NCBI GenBank assembly: GCA_965112155.1
Contig: OZ218102.1
From: Podarcis liolepis
Lineage: Eukaryota
DNA: 64,000 nt
Direction: 5' to 3' (one strand)
The number at the start of each line of letters is the position of its first letter. Within the stretch, counting starts at the first letter, position 1. This document shows, in pieces, positions 34,301-42,794 of this stretch. A model generated the notes under the pieces. The model was given only the letters and a program-made list of their open reading frames with translations, did not search any database and was not told the DNA's origin. The translations under genes were made by a program, and so were the position numbers.

Positions 34301-37300
34301 AGGGGACTCAGAAGAGCAAGGCCTTGACTTAAGAAGTCTGAAGCAGGAATTATCATGATTGTTAATCTGCGTTCAGTTTGCAGAGGTTCCAGTAAAAGGA
34401 TCAGATGTTCATATATTTGTCCTCTCATTGATCCTAGCAAAACAAAGCAAGTTGATCCACCCTGATCCTTTTACCTCACACTTCTGCTTCCTGCCCTTAG
34501 GGAGCCTGGCAGAAAAACACAAAACCCATTTCAAAGCATTTAATGTACTTGTTTATTAGAAATGTTAAAACATACCTTTCTTTGCTTTCAATATCATCTT
34601 CATTCTTTAAATACATAGAGAAATCAATCACACCAACCTAAGAAGAAATAGATTTATTCACATTTTGTATTTTTATTTTTATTTTTAAAAAGGAAAACAG
34701 GGTTTGGTCTTTACTTCACTGATGTTACTGGAAATGTGCAATGAAACCTTACTGTAGGAGAGCATGAGCACAACAGGCCTTACATCATTGATAATGACAA
34801 GCTTTCATTCAAAGCTGCATCATCTGCGCTTCAGACCCCTATCCCCGTTTCAACAACCCTTTCAGGGTAAAGATTACTAACCCAGATGTATTTCCTCTTT
34901 CAAGCAGTCACACATTTATACTTCTGCAGTAAAAGAGTTTGAAGGCTTTATACAGAACTATTTCCAATCTTTGGAGACTTTCTGGATAATCAGGCAAAAA
35001 GGAAAACAAGCAGCTAGGTTGCACTTTTATGGTTTTTGTAACCAAGCCAAAAGCTTTCTAATAAAGGAACCGATTCATGTAAGCTCCATCACTATTCCTC
35101 TGCAGAAGAAACAATTCATTAATCAGGCCTTTAATTGCGTTTCAAAGGAAATAAGTGTGTTTTGTTTAGGGAATAGTCAACTTCCTTTCCATTTAACTCA
35201 TCAAGCTAAATAATAAACTTTTTTTTTCTTTTAAGAAAGCACATTACAACTTTTAATACTCTGCATTCAGATCCATCAGTTTGATATTTCCCCCATCATT
35301 TCATTAAAAAAACCCTTTAAAGCAAAAGTATGAGACCATAGCTTTATATCTACTTACTTGTGAATCCAAGTCTTCTCCTTTTACACAAAGATTTGCATCA
35401 ATTACATTTAACCCAACGAGCAAGCCAACGATAACTGCTCCTTCTTCTTCCATCATCAGTGCATGATATTCATAAAATTCGCTGAAAAATGCATTTTTTA
35501 AAAACTTCATAACTTATTTTAACATACTTTGAATCAATTTTTAACTTAAATCAGTAATTTATTTTATTTTCAAATGTTTTAAAGATTGACTTCACCGATA
35601 CTCCAAGGTGGTTAAAAGTTCAGAGCAACATACTGAATATACCAACTAAAGTGGCAACTTATACAGAATCTAAGTTTCCCCAACAAAATAAAATGAAATG
35701 AAATGGGAAAGGTCCACCATAGTATGAAAGGGCATCTGCTCTGCAACAGGGCTTTTCCTTCTTTTCCAATCCCCAATCCTCCCCCCACCGCTCTGGAGAG
35801 TTCAAGGACCCTCTGGAATAAATTTTGGGGGTGCACAAGGGGGGACAGAAGAAATGAGAAGAAAAACTGGAAGTCAACTCAACTTCAGTTACAAAAGAAA
35901 ATTAGGTGCTCAGATCTTTTGCTAAAATAAAAAAATTCCTTCCAGTAGCACCTTAAAGACCAACTAAGTTAGTTCTTGGTATGAGCTTTCGTGTGCATGC
36001 ACACTTCTTCAGATATTCTTCTTCTGAAGAAGTGTGCATGCACACGAAAGCTCATACCAAGAACTAACTTAGTTGGTCTTTAAGGTGCTACTGGAAGGAA
36101 TTTTTTTATTTTGACTATGGCAGACCAACACGGCTACAGATCTTTTGCTGTGTAAGCAACACAAATGCAAACCAAGTGAAGAAAAAATAGTTGTGAGCCT
36201 AAGTTTTAACTTTACTGTCATATTACTTAGCAATAGCTATAGTAAAATGTAACATAATTGTACAATTCTGGTAGCAATTACAGCGCTGAACTTAATTTAC
36301 CCTATAAAAATCTGAATGGACACTCACCCAAGCAATTCCTTCTGAAAGATGAGACATCGTAGATAATCAGCCATCTTTTTTTGCATAAGTGCCAATCGTA
36401 ACCAAGCTCGGGCACGTCCTAGTGGAGTCCTAGTTTTTAAAAAAGGAATAGCTCAGAAAACAAATATCTGTTGGCCAGGATTATTGTCCAAAATGGAAAA
36501 GATCTTTACTGGCAACACAACTTACTTGAGACCAGGCAAATCTCTCACACTAGCAGCGATTTCCTCAGCTTCTGGGTACAACTTCTCCACAAGCTCCAGA
36601 GGACCCCATATTGTTTTATTGTAACTGAGAAAAGACTTTTTTACTAGAAGAAGGAAAATATAATATTTTTACATTTTAAACTTGGCTTTACACTTTAATA
36701 CAGCTGTTATCTAGATAGCACTATAAAAGTTATTTCTAGGTAAGCCGTATCAGAGTGCAAGGAACATTTGTAAGCATGGTTAATATTCAACACTTATACA
36801 GTATCAGCATATTTAATCTGCTGCACCTAAGATTCTCTAAAACCATAGCAGCCAACCATGAAATGAATGTTATAAGAACACCAAGGACAAAATAAGGCAA
36901 AACAAAAAAGAATCTGTGAGTAGAGGTTACATATCCCAGGAAGCCAACAAAGAAGAGAAATAGCAGGGACTTGCAGGACTCCAAAGAAGTAAAAAAATCC
37001 TGTAAAATAAATTAGAGGGTTTCTTCAGTTGCCCACATCAAAACTAATGAATCCAAGTGGGGAAGCACATAGATTCCCCCTTGGATTGACTGAGGTGAGG
37101 GAAGTCTACAGTGTGCATCCTGGACCCATGAAGATGAACACAGGCTAATACAGTGGTACCTCAGTTTAAGAACAGTCCTGTTTACGAACAATTCAGTTTA
37201 TGAACTCTGCAAAACCGGAAGTAGCATCCCGGTTTGCGAACTTGACCTCAGTCTAAGAATGGAATCTGAACAGTGGAAGGGAACCAGCGGCAGGAGGCCT

Positions 37301-39682
37301 CATTAGGGAAAGCACGCCTCGGTTTACGGATTAAGTTCGTAAACAGAGGTACCACTGTATAGGGAATTCTATATGCCTAAACTTGCCTTAATCTAGAATG
37401 TGTAATCTAGTATTATGCTCTTTTGCTACATAACAAAATTAAATGTCAATATGCTTTGGTAAAAACAAACAATCATGCCTTTTAAAACATGCATTTGGTA
37501 CCTTTAAGGCCATGTTTCAGGCAGTGCTCCATAACAACGAAGAACTGTTGCAGAGGTGGATAGTCAGAATCAAGGGTTCGGCCAAAGCTCAGGGCAGATT
37601 CAATGAGTCCCTTGATACTCAGTTTGGCCATATTCAATAAATTTGTTCGCTCAACAGCTGTGGGGTCTTTCACAGCTTAAAAAGGGAAAAAAGCAAAATT
37701 ATTCAATGAGAACAGAATAGTTCGATACTGCTTTACTGATAAAAACACAACAATCTTGTCCAAAACTAAACATAAATAATGAAAGGGGAAAGAGAATAGG
37801 ATAAAAAGCATGTTATGAAACATAGGGTGTGGCTGTATAGAGCTTTTCCTCTGAAGGAACAGAATATTTCTGTAGACCTGCAGCACTGGCAAGTGTCCTG
37901 TTCTAAATCAGGGCAGAGAGCACTTTAGCCTGGAAAATCTAGCACTGCTTGCCATTTCCCCAGGTACATCAAGTTCTTAATATGAAAATCCATAAAAGAT
38001 ATGTGAAATAATAGCACTGCAACATTTTCAAATCATTTAAGATGGCCTAAAATTTTGCTTTTGTTACTGCAATGTACTGATGTTTCCAGTGAACTAACCA
38101 CAATGACTCTGCAAGCCAACATATGCTGACCGAAAGCTTATTTTTGCCAAATGTGTTTGCAAGCCCCACTGGGTCTAGCAGGATCAGGCCCAGTTCAAAA
38201 AGCAAGGGTGAAACTAGGCTTTATTTCATCCGGGTCAAAGACCCAGTTTGGCACACCCCCCCCCCCCACACAGGTTGGGACTTGGGAGCCTTAATGGTGC
38301 CCCTCTGAAGGTTTCACCCAGGGCAAAAAACCAGGGTAGCCACCTCCCCCCCCTACAGCACTGCAAGAAGCATAACCCTAGCAGGAAAAAAACCGTGGTC
38401 CTCACTGGTTTTTAAAGTAATTTCTCCTCACTTCCCTTATATGATGGCATCATAACGGTTGCAATATTGTGCACTGTTAGCTGGAAGTAAGCCCCTCTGA
38501 AAACTGGAACTTACTTCTGAGTAGGATAGGGCTGCATCTATCAGACCCCAGAGCAGCTGCTACCTGGCCACAATATACCTACACCAAGCATCACAATCAC
38601 AGAGAGTTGCCCACTTTTTCAGTCCCTGCCAATCGCGATTCTGAGACAGGGTCCCACGCAAGAACCGATTCATGTGCGGAGTTCCTCCACACGAGGGGGT
38701 GGGCATCCTGATTGGTCCAGGAACCCCTCCCCGGACCTCCACGCGCCTAGCGAAGTTTGCGGGAAAGGTCCGTTCTGACGCTCAGCGGATGCGTGACGCA
38801 GCAGGCGGGGCCGGCCGGCCGGCGGGACTCTCTTTCCCCAAGCTCAACACGCGGCGGCCGTTCGTCTGCACATGATTCCCCTCGTGACGTTGCCAATGGT
38901 AAACCACTCTTTCCCGCAAGAAGCTATAATGAAGCAGCCCTACCTTCTTCACCGCCAGCAGTGCGCGCCCTCCCTACAGGCTCTCCAGCTTCGGATACAG
39001 AAACTTAAAGGAGAGATAATGACGATGACCTGAAGCCTCCTCCCGGCAGGGCTTCTACATTCAAAGCAGGCGCTGCTTGTTACTTAAGAAGCTACCGAAA
39101 CTGCGCAAGCGAATAATGGGGAGCTACTACCAAGAGCCCGTCAACTGGAGCATCAACATCGTTGTGCAAAGCGAAGCCATTTCACTGCCTGCACGGTTTT
39201 CATAGGAGATTTATCAATCTATTAACTCCTATGCTACCAATAGCCCGGGGTGGGTTTCGTTCCTAAGGGAACCTAGAGAGGGGCTCCCACCCCACAAAGG
39301 CCTGGATGCGGAATGAAATTGGGGGGCGGGCAGAGGACCGCGAGAGACTTTCTCGCGGCGGCCTTTAAGACCAATGGACTTTTCAGCATCCTTTTTCCCC
39401 CCCGGAGACGTGTGCAAGAGAAACACTTTAGGGTCAGACCTGTTGTTCGCCTGCCGAGGCTCGAGGGGCGGCTTCAGCCCCTCGCGGATACCCGCCCCAC
39501 AGCGGGCGAGCGAAGACAGCGCTTCCCCCATAACAGAGGGCGGCCGAGCCCACCCAGCCTCCCTCCCCAGAGGGAGAAGAAACGCTCCGTCAGCCCTTTC
39601 CCTTCGCCGCCGCCCGCCCAAGTTCCTCCGGCTCCCCTCACGCCCGGCCGCCGCCGCCGCTTCTCCTCTCCTCCTTACCCAT
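19220..39682 (-). CDS. RUFY2: RUN and FYVE domain-containing protein 2, 606 aa
   Basis: complement join(39682-39679,37675-37502,36643-36526,36429-36328,35481-35358,34637-34576,33441-33376,32217-32148,32018-31917,30873-30757,30620-30453,29567-29470,25913-25794,24361-24232,23147-23053,21509-21461,19942-19865,19363-19220) = 1821 nt, open frame, all GT-AG. RUN domain ([15 protein letters not shown]), coiled coils, FYVE (WLKD...RRKHHCRNCG...RVC). Confidence 0.97.
19865..19942 (-). CDS. RUFY2: RUFY2 exon 17
   Basis: [26 protein letters not shown]; AAG|GTGAGA. Confidence 0.95.
21461..21509 (-). CDS. RUFY2: RUFY2 exon 16
   Basis: [16 protein letters not shown]; CAG|GTTAGT. Confidence 0.92.
22300..22435. 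mobile_element. Short hAT-type MITE
   Basis: Imperfect TIRs CTGGGGTTGAGCAAC / GTTTCCCAACCCTG with internal quasi-palindrome; related fragments near 15940, 23248 and 50590. Confidence 0.6.
22489..22706. mobile_element. Tc1/mariner (Tigger-like) MITE
   Basis: GGTACCT... to GAGGTATTACTG|TA; internal CCGTTCTGGAGCCCC shared with the 15447 copy. Confidence 0.7.
22715..22820 (+). mobile_element. SINE with tRNA-Ile-derived head and CR1 3' tail (internally deleted)
   Basis: GGCAGGATAGCTCAGTTGGTTAGAGCATGGTGCTGATAATGCTAAGGTTGCA (A box, D and anticodon arms) joined to TTGCAGGGGGTTGGAC...CCCTTCCAACTCTACAATTCT. Confidence 0.85.
23053..23147 (-). CDS. RUFY2: RUFY2 exon 15
   Basis: [31 protein letters not shown]; CGA|GTAATT. 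Confidence 0.93.
24232..24361 (-). CDS. RUFY2: RUFY2 exon 14
   Basis: [26 protein letters not shown]...IITLKK; AAA|GTAAAT. Confidence 0.93.
25794..25913 (-). CDS. RUFY2: RUFY2 exon 13
   Basis: [39 protein letters not shown]; AGT|GTAAGT. Confidence 0.93.
27173..27281 (-). CDS. RUFY2: RUFY2 alternative terminal exon (short FYVE-less isoform, 437 aa)
   Basis: U-rich tract then CTGAAG| acceptor; phase matches the exon 12 donor; encodes [36 protein letters not shown]; downstream minus-strand AATAAA candidates. Confidence 0.85.
29470..29567 (-). CDS. RUFY2: RUFY2 exon 12
   Basis: [32 protein letters not shown]; AAG|GTACAG, phase 2. Confidence 0.93.
30453..30620 (-). CDS. RUFY2: RUFY2 exon 11
   Basis: [34 protein letters not shown]...YKKLQ; CAA|GTAAGA. 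Confidence 0.95.
30757..30873 (-). CDS. RUFY2: RUFY2 exon 10
   Basis: [39 protein letters not shown]; CAA|GTGAGT. Confidence 0.95.
31917..32018 (-). CDS. RUFY2: RUFY2 exon 9
   Basis: [34 protein letters not shown]; GAG|GTATGA. Confidence 0.93.
32148..32217 (-). CDS. RUFY2: RUFY2 exon 8
   Basis: [23 protein letters not shown]; GAG|GTACGG. Confidence 0.93.
33376..33441 (-). CDS. RUFY2: RUFY2 exon 7
   Basis: [21 protein letters not shown]; GAA|GTAAGT. Confidence 0.93.
33493..33722. mobile_element. GC-rich DNA-transposon-like fragment (hAT-type end)
   Basis: Abrupt GC-rich block in an AT-rich intron starting CAGGGGTGGAGGAAGGGG; no matching right TIR seen. Confidence 0.4.
34576..34637 (-). CDS. 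RUFY2: RUFY2 exon 6
   Basis: [20 protein letters not shown]; AAG|GTATGT. Confidence 0.93.
35358..35481 (-). CDS. RUFY2: RUFY2 exon 5
   Basis: [41 protein letters not shown]; CAA|GTAAGT. Confidence 0.95.
35924..36136. mobile_element. Penelope-like-element-derived fold-back insertion (copy 1) with hammerhead motif
   Basis: Perfect 90-bp inverted repeat (35924-36013 / 36023-36112), 9-nt spacer, short unpaired tail; 13-bp TSD CAGATCTTTTGCT at 35911-35923 and 36137-36149. Confidence 0.88.
35980..36015 (-). ncRNA. Minimal type I hammerhead ribozyme motif (Penelope-type)
   Basis: UAU-CUGAAGA-A-GUGUG(CAUG)CACAC-GAA-A(GC)U-C-AUA: CUGANGA and GAAA core, stem II, palindromic AGCU stem III, 3-bp stem I. 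Activity not demonstrated. Confidence 0.6.
36328..36429 (-). CDS. RUFY2: RUFY2 exon 4
   Basis: [33 protein letters not shown]; TGG|GTGAGT. Confidence 0.95.
36526..36643 (-). CDS. RUFY2: RUFY2 exon 3
   Basis: [38 protein letters not shown]; CAA|GTAAGT. Confidence 0.95.
37151..37357. mobile_element. Tc1/mariner (Tigger-like) MITE
   Basis: TA|CAGTGGTACCTC ... GAGGTACCACTG|TA: perfect 12-bp TIR with TA TSD. Confidence 0.9.
37502..37675 (-). CDS. RUFY2: RUFY2 exon 2
   Basis: [57 protein letters not shown]; AAG|GTACCA. Confidence 0.95.
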
Positions 39683-39900
39683 CGCCAGCGAGGAGCAGCA
39701 GCTGCCCGAGCAGCTCAGCGAGGTGGACCCAGCCTTTGCTCCTTTCACGGCCTTTCTCCAGCCCTCCTCCGCCTCCTCCATCTCCGCCCTCCGCCGCCGG
39801 AACCGCGCCCGCTGCGCCCCTGGCGGCGGGAGGACCCGGACGGAGGCGCGTCGCTGCGAGGGGCCGGAGCCAGATGTCGTGACAGGGCGAATTCTTCGAA
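38600..39900. promoter_or_regulatory. RUFY2: RUFY2 CpG island (promoter/exon 1 and an intronic CpG cluster)
   Basis: Dense CpG at about 39300-39890 around exon 1; second cluster at 38630-38990 with CCAAT and TGACG motifs. Confidence 0.8.
39679..39682 (-). CDS. RUFY2: RUFY2 exon 1 coding part (ATGG)
   Basis: GGCG ATG G|GTAAGG: good Kozak context, phase-1 donor joining exon 2 to give [11 protein letters not shown]. Confidence 0.9.
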
Positions 39901-40810
39901 TTTGCTTCATATGGATTAGCCTCTCCCAAATTCCCAGGCCAGGCTGGGGGTGGGGTTCACTTTTGCCTTGAGGTGAAAAGACGGGTTCTGCACTTCTCCC
40001 CCCCCTCAATTATTCTAATTTCTTTTAAACATTATTTATCAAAATCCTATGCCGCCCCTCATCCGACAACCACAGGGCGGTTTACAACATAAAAACGCAA
40101 AAATACATACTATACCAACAAAGAAAAAATACTACCCCCACCACCACAACTTACATAGATCTTGCCATTTCATTGTTCTCCAATAAGCTCAAATAAACTG
40201 TTACACCATGTTGGTTTTAAGTCAATCCAAAATATTTTTAAAACAGAAAACCAAATCCAACCTGGATACCACTTTGTAAACTGGAGTTGGTATACTAGTA
40301 CACTCTATATACATATTTTAAAATCAGTTATGAGTCCAAAACATCGTCAGCCCATCCATCAGCCCATATATACATGCTTGTGCAAGTCAGTTTTCCCACT
40401 GGCAACCTGGGAAAAGGCACGGAAACTCTTAACTCTTCATCCTTAGATTTTTTTCAATGAATCCGGGGACACTGTTCAACTTCAATGGATTTTGTCTGGG
40501 GACTGATTTGTAAATCCGGGGACATCTGGTAACCATATCTTAGCTGTCTGAAAGCAATTTTTTTACTCATTACAGATTACCATGAGTGGTCTATTTATAA
40601 ACAAGGTATTTGTGTTGACAGCCTGACAAATTATTAGCTGGGGAAATTGTGGTGGGACGGAGCAGTGGTTTCACCACTCCATCTTGCTAGCTTGTGGGGG
40701 GGGGGTGAGCTTCCCTCACTTTTTTTGCTACACTTCTTTCAGGCTGGCATGAGGCACTTTGGACTCGGCAAATTCTAAGTCTCCAATACACTGCTCCATT
40801 TTAGCAAGTA

Positions 40811-40894
40811 CAGTGGTACCTCGGGTTAAGTACTTAATTCGTTCCGGAGGTCCGTACTTAACCTGAAACTGTTCTTAACCTGAAGCACCACTTT
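40811..40894. mobile_element. Truncated Tc1/mariner (Tigger-like) MITE, left end only
   Basis: TA|CAGTGGTACCTCGGGTTAAG...; no right TIR. Confidence 0.75.
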
Positions 40895-41121
40895 TAACAT
40901 TGGGTGGCAGGGGTGCAATTGCATTCCTAGTCAAGTCAGAGATGAAACTTGTTGAAAATAAGTTTCATGACTTCATTTACAGGGAAGTCCTATGCAGGTA
41001 TGCTCAGAACGGAGTTCAATAGGACTTAGTCAGATTTGTACTGGTTGCAGTGAATGGCCATTACAGGTAAACAGTACTGCAAGTTTAGAGAAAATATTTG
41101 TAATGCAAATGTATAATCAAG

Positions 41122-41132
41122 TTTATTTTATT
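41122..41132 (-). terminator. DNA2: Candidate DNA2 polyadenylation signal (overlapping AATAAA pair); 3' UTR about 1.6 kb
   Basis: Plus-strand TTTATTTTATT; several upstream UGUA motifs and a Pumilio-type UGUACAUA (41279-41272) on the minus strand. Confidence 0.65.
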
Positions 41133-42737
41133 ATATATACTACAAAACAGGTAAAAATTTAAGAACTTGGTACAAATATCAGGTACAAACATTTATACAT
41201 ATTATATATAGAAATGAATTCCAGTCTTTAAATGGAATTATAATCTACAGGAGTTAATTCCAATGCAATAATATGTACAAACCTTTTTCCAAACTTGTAC
41301 ATTAAAAAGAGTCAGGCCTAAGTTAGCTGTCATTTCAAGTAACTTTTATGAAACATTTAAAAAATACAGAAAAGTGAAACTACACTGCAATAAATTAATT
41401 AGCAGCAAGATAAATTCAGAATCCATCTGTAGTTCTGTCTCCCAAAAAGCTGAGTTACAACATTACAAACAAGCAGTTTCAAAAGGTGTTTCTTAGTAAA
41501 ATCTACTTATTAGAGTTACTTATAATATCAAAAGTTCAAGTTACGAGGAAAAATCAGTATGAAAAACGAAAGCAACCTGATTAGTAATCTCCCATTCCAG
41601 TGTTTTGTTGCTGTACAGAGGAAAGAATAAAGAAAACAGAACATGGATTGTTGTGAAGCAAGATGGCCACATAGCTTTAAGCTCTGCTCCTTGTTAACAA
41701 GACCTTTTATGCTTAAATAATGTTTTTTAAGAACAGTCTCTTAAGAAAATCTTTCTAGAATTTGGCATTCACAAGTCTTGTTTTAACAATAAAGATCAAG
41801 TTGTAAGACTAGATGCACACAATATTTTAATGGCTCTAAATCTGTCAACTGATGAGAGCTATGAGAGAAAGGCAGTAGTACACTACTGGTGAAAGGCACT
41901 ACTCCCCTCAATTTGTAATAGCTGCCTCTAAGATTTCATACCTTATTACATACAGAGGGCTGAATCCAGCCACTTTGAAGTTGCAGTGATATAAACATAA
42001 TAAATAATGTTCTGAACTTTTCTCTGATACATCCCCACCCACCCCCACATACCTTACTTCAAAGTTCAAGACTGTACACACATCTGAGTTGCTCAGCAGA
42101 ACTGAATAAAAGCAGCAAATTTAAAACCTGAAAATATGAGACATGTTCATGACATATGTTTGGGCATTCTTTTGCCAGAACACAAAAAATGGTATCTGTG
42201 GACAGGGGACGGAAACATGCACACATGGCCCAACCCCACATCCTAGTGCACATTACTCTACCCACTCAGTCAATCCCAAGCCTTCACTGTACAGAGCAAA
42301 AAAAGAGAGAGGCTGCAGTGGCTTATACTTGCTTTTCATTAAAAGCAAGTAGAACACCTTGAGTGATTAAAAGGTCTTTATTGAGATCTGTGATTGTGCA
42401 GAAAGTTCTACTCTTGTTCAAGAAAATCCAAGATTTTTGTTGAACTCCCCTGCTGAGCACAGGAAAGGGACTAAATCAACATGGCAACATGCACCAGGAT
42501 ACTGGGTGGGGTTGGGTTTGCAGATCGATTCAAACAAATGCCTGAACAGGCCTGGAGATGTGTGTGCAAAGTTTAATTTTTAAAATGGCTAACATTTTAA
42601 GAACTATGTCGAGACATTAACATGTAGAAAAGACAGTGGAATTAAATCTATTTGACAATATGAAACTCCCAAGCTTATAATGCAATCGATTCTTTCAGCA
42701 GCACATGAATGAGGATTTTCACCTTGATGCCCCCTTG

Positions 42738-42794
42738 TCACAGAAGGTTACAACGATACACACTTTCACATGCCCCTAATGGAAGGCTGAAAAT
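42738..42794 (-). CDS. DNA2: DNA2 exon 21 (last)
   Basis: Follows the U12 AC acceptor; [18 protein letters not shown]. Confidence 0.88.
   Translation of the reverse strand: MFSLPLGACESVYRCNLL

Noticed and set aside
35924-36112. Fold-back element as a miRNA gene, DNA-transposon MITE or CRISPR-like repeat
   Set aside because: Long (about 13 bp) TSDs of differing sequence, an asymmetric tail, a variable inversion junction and a hammerhead core fit a Penelope-type retroelement better; there is no repeat-spacer array and the DNA is eukaryotic.
39229-40009. Overlapping 82-189 aa ORFs at the RUFY2 promoter
   Set aside because: CpG-island artefacts; the real coding part of exon 1 is 4 nt.
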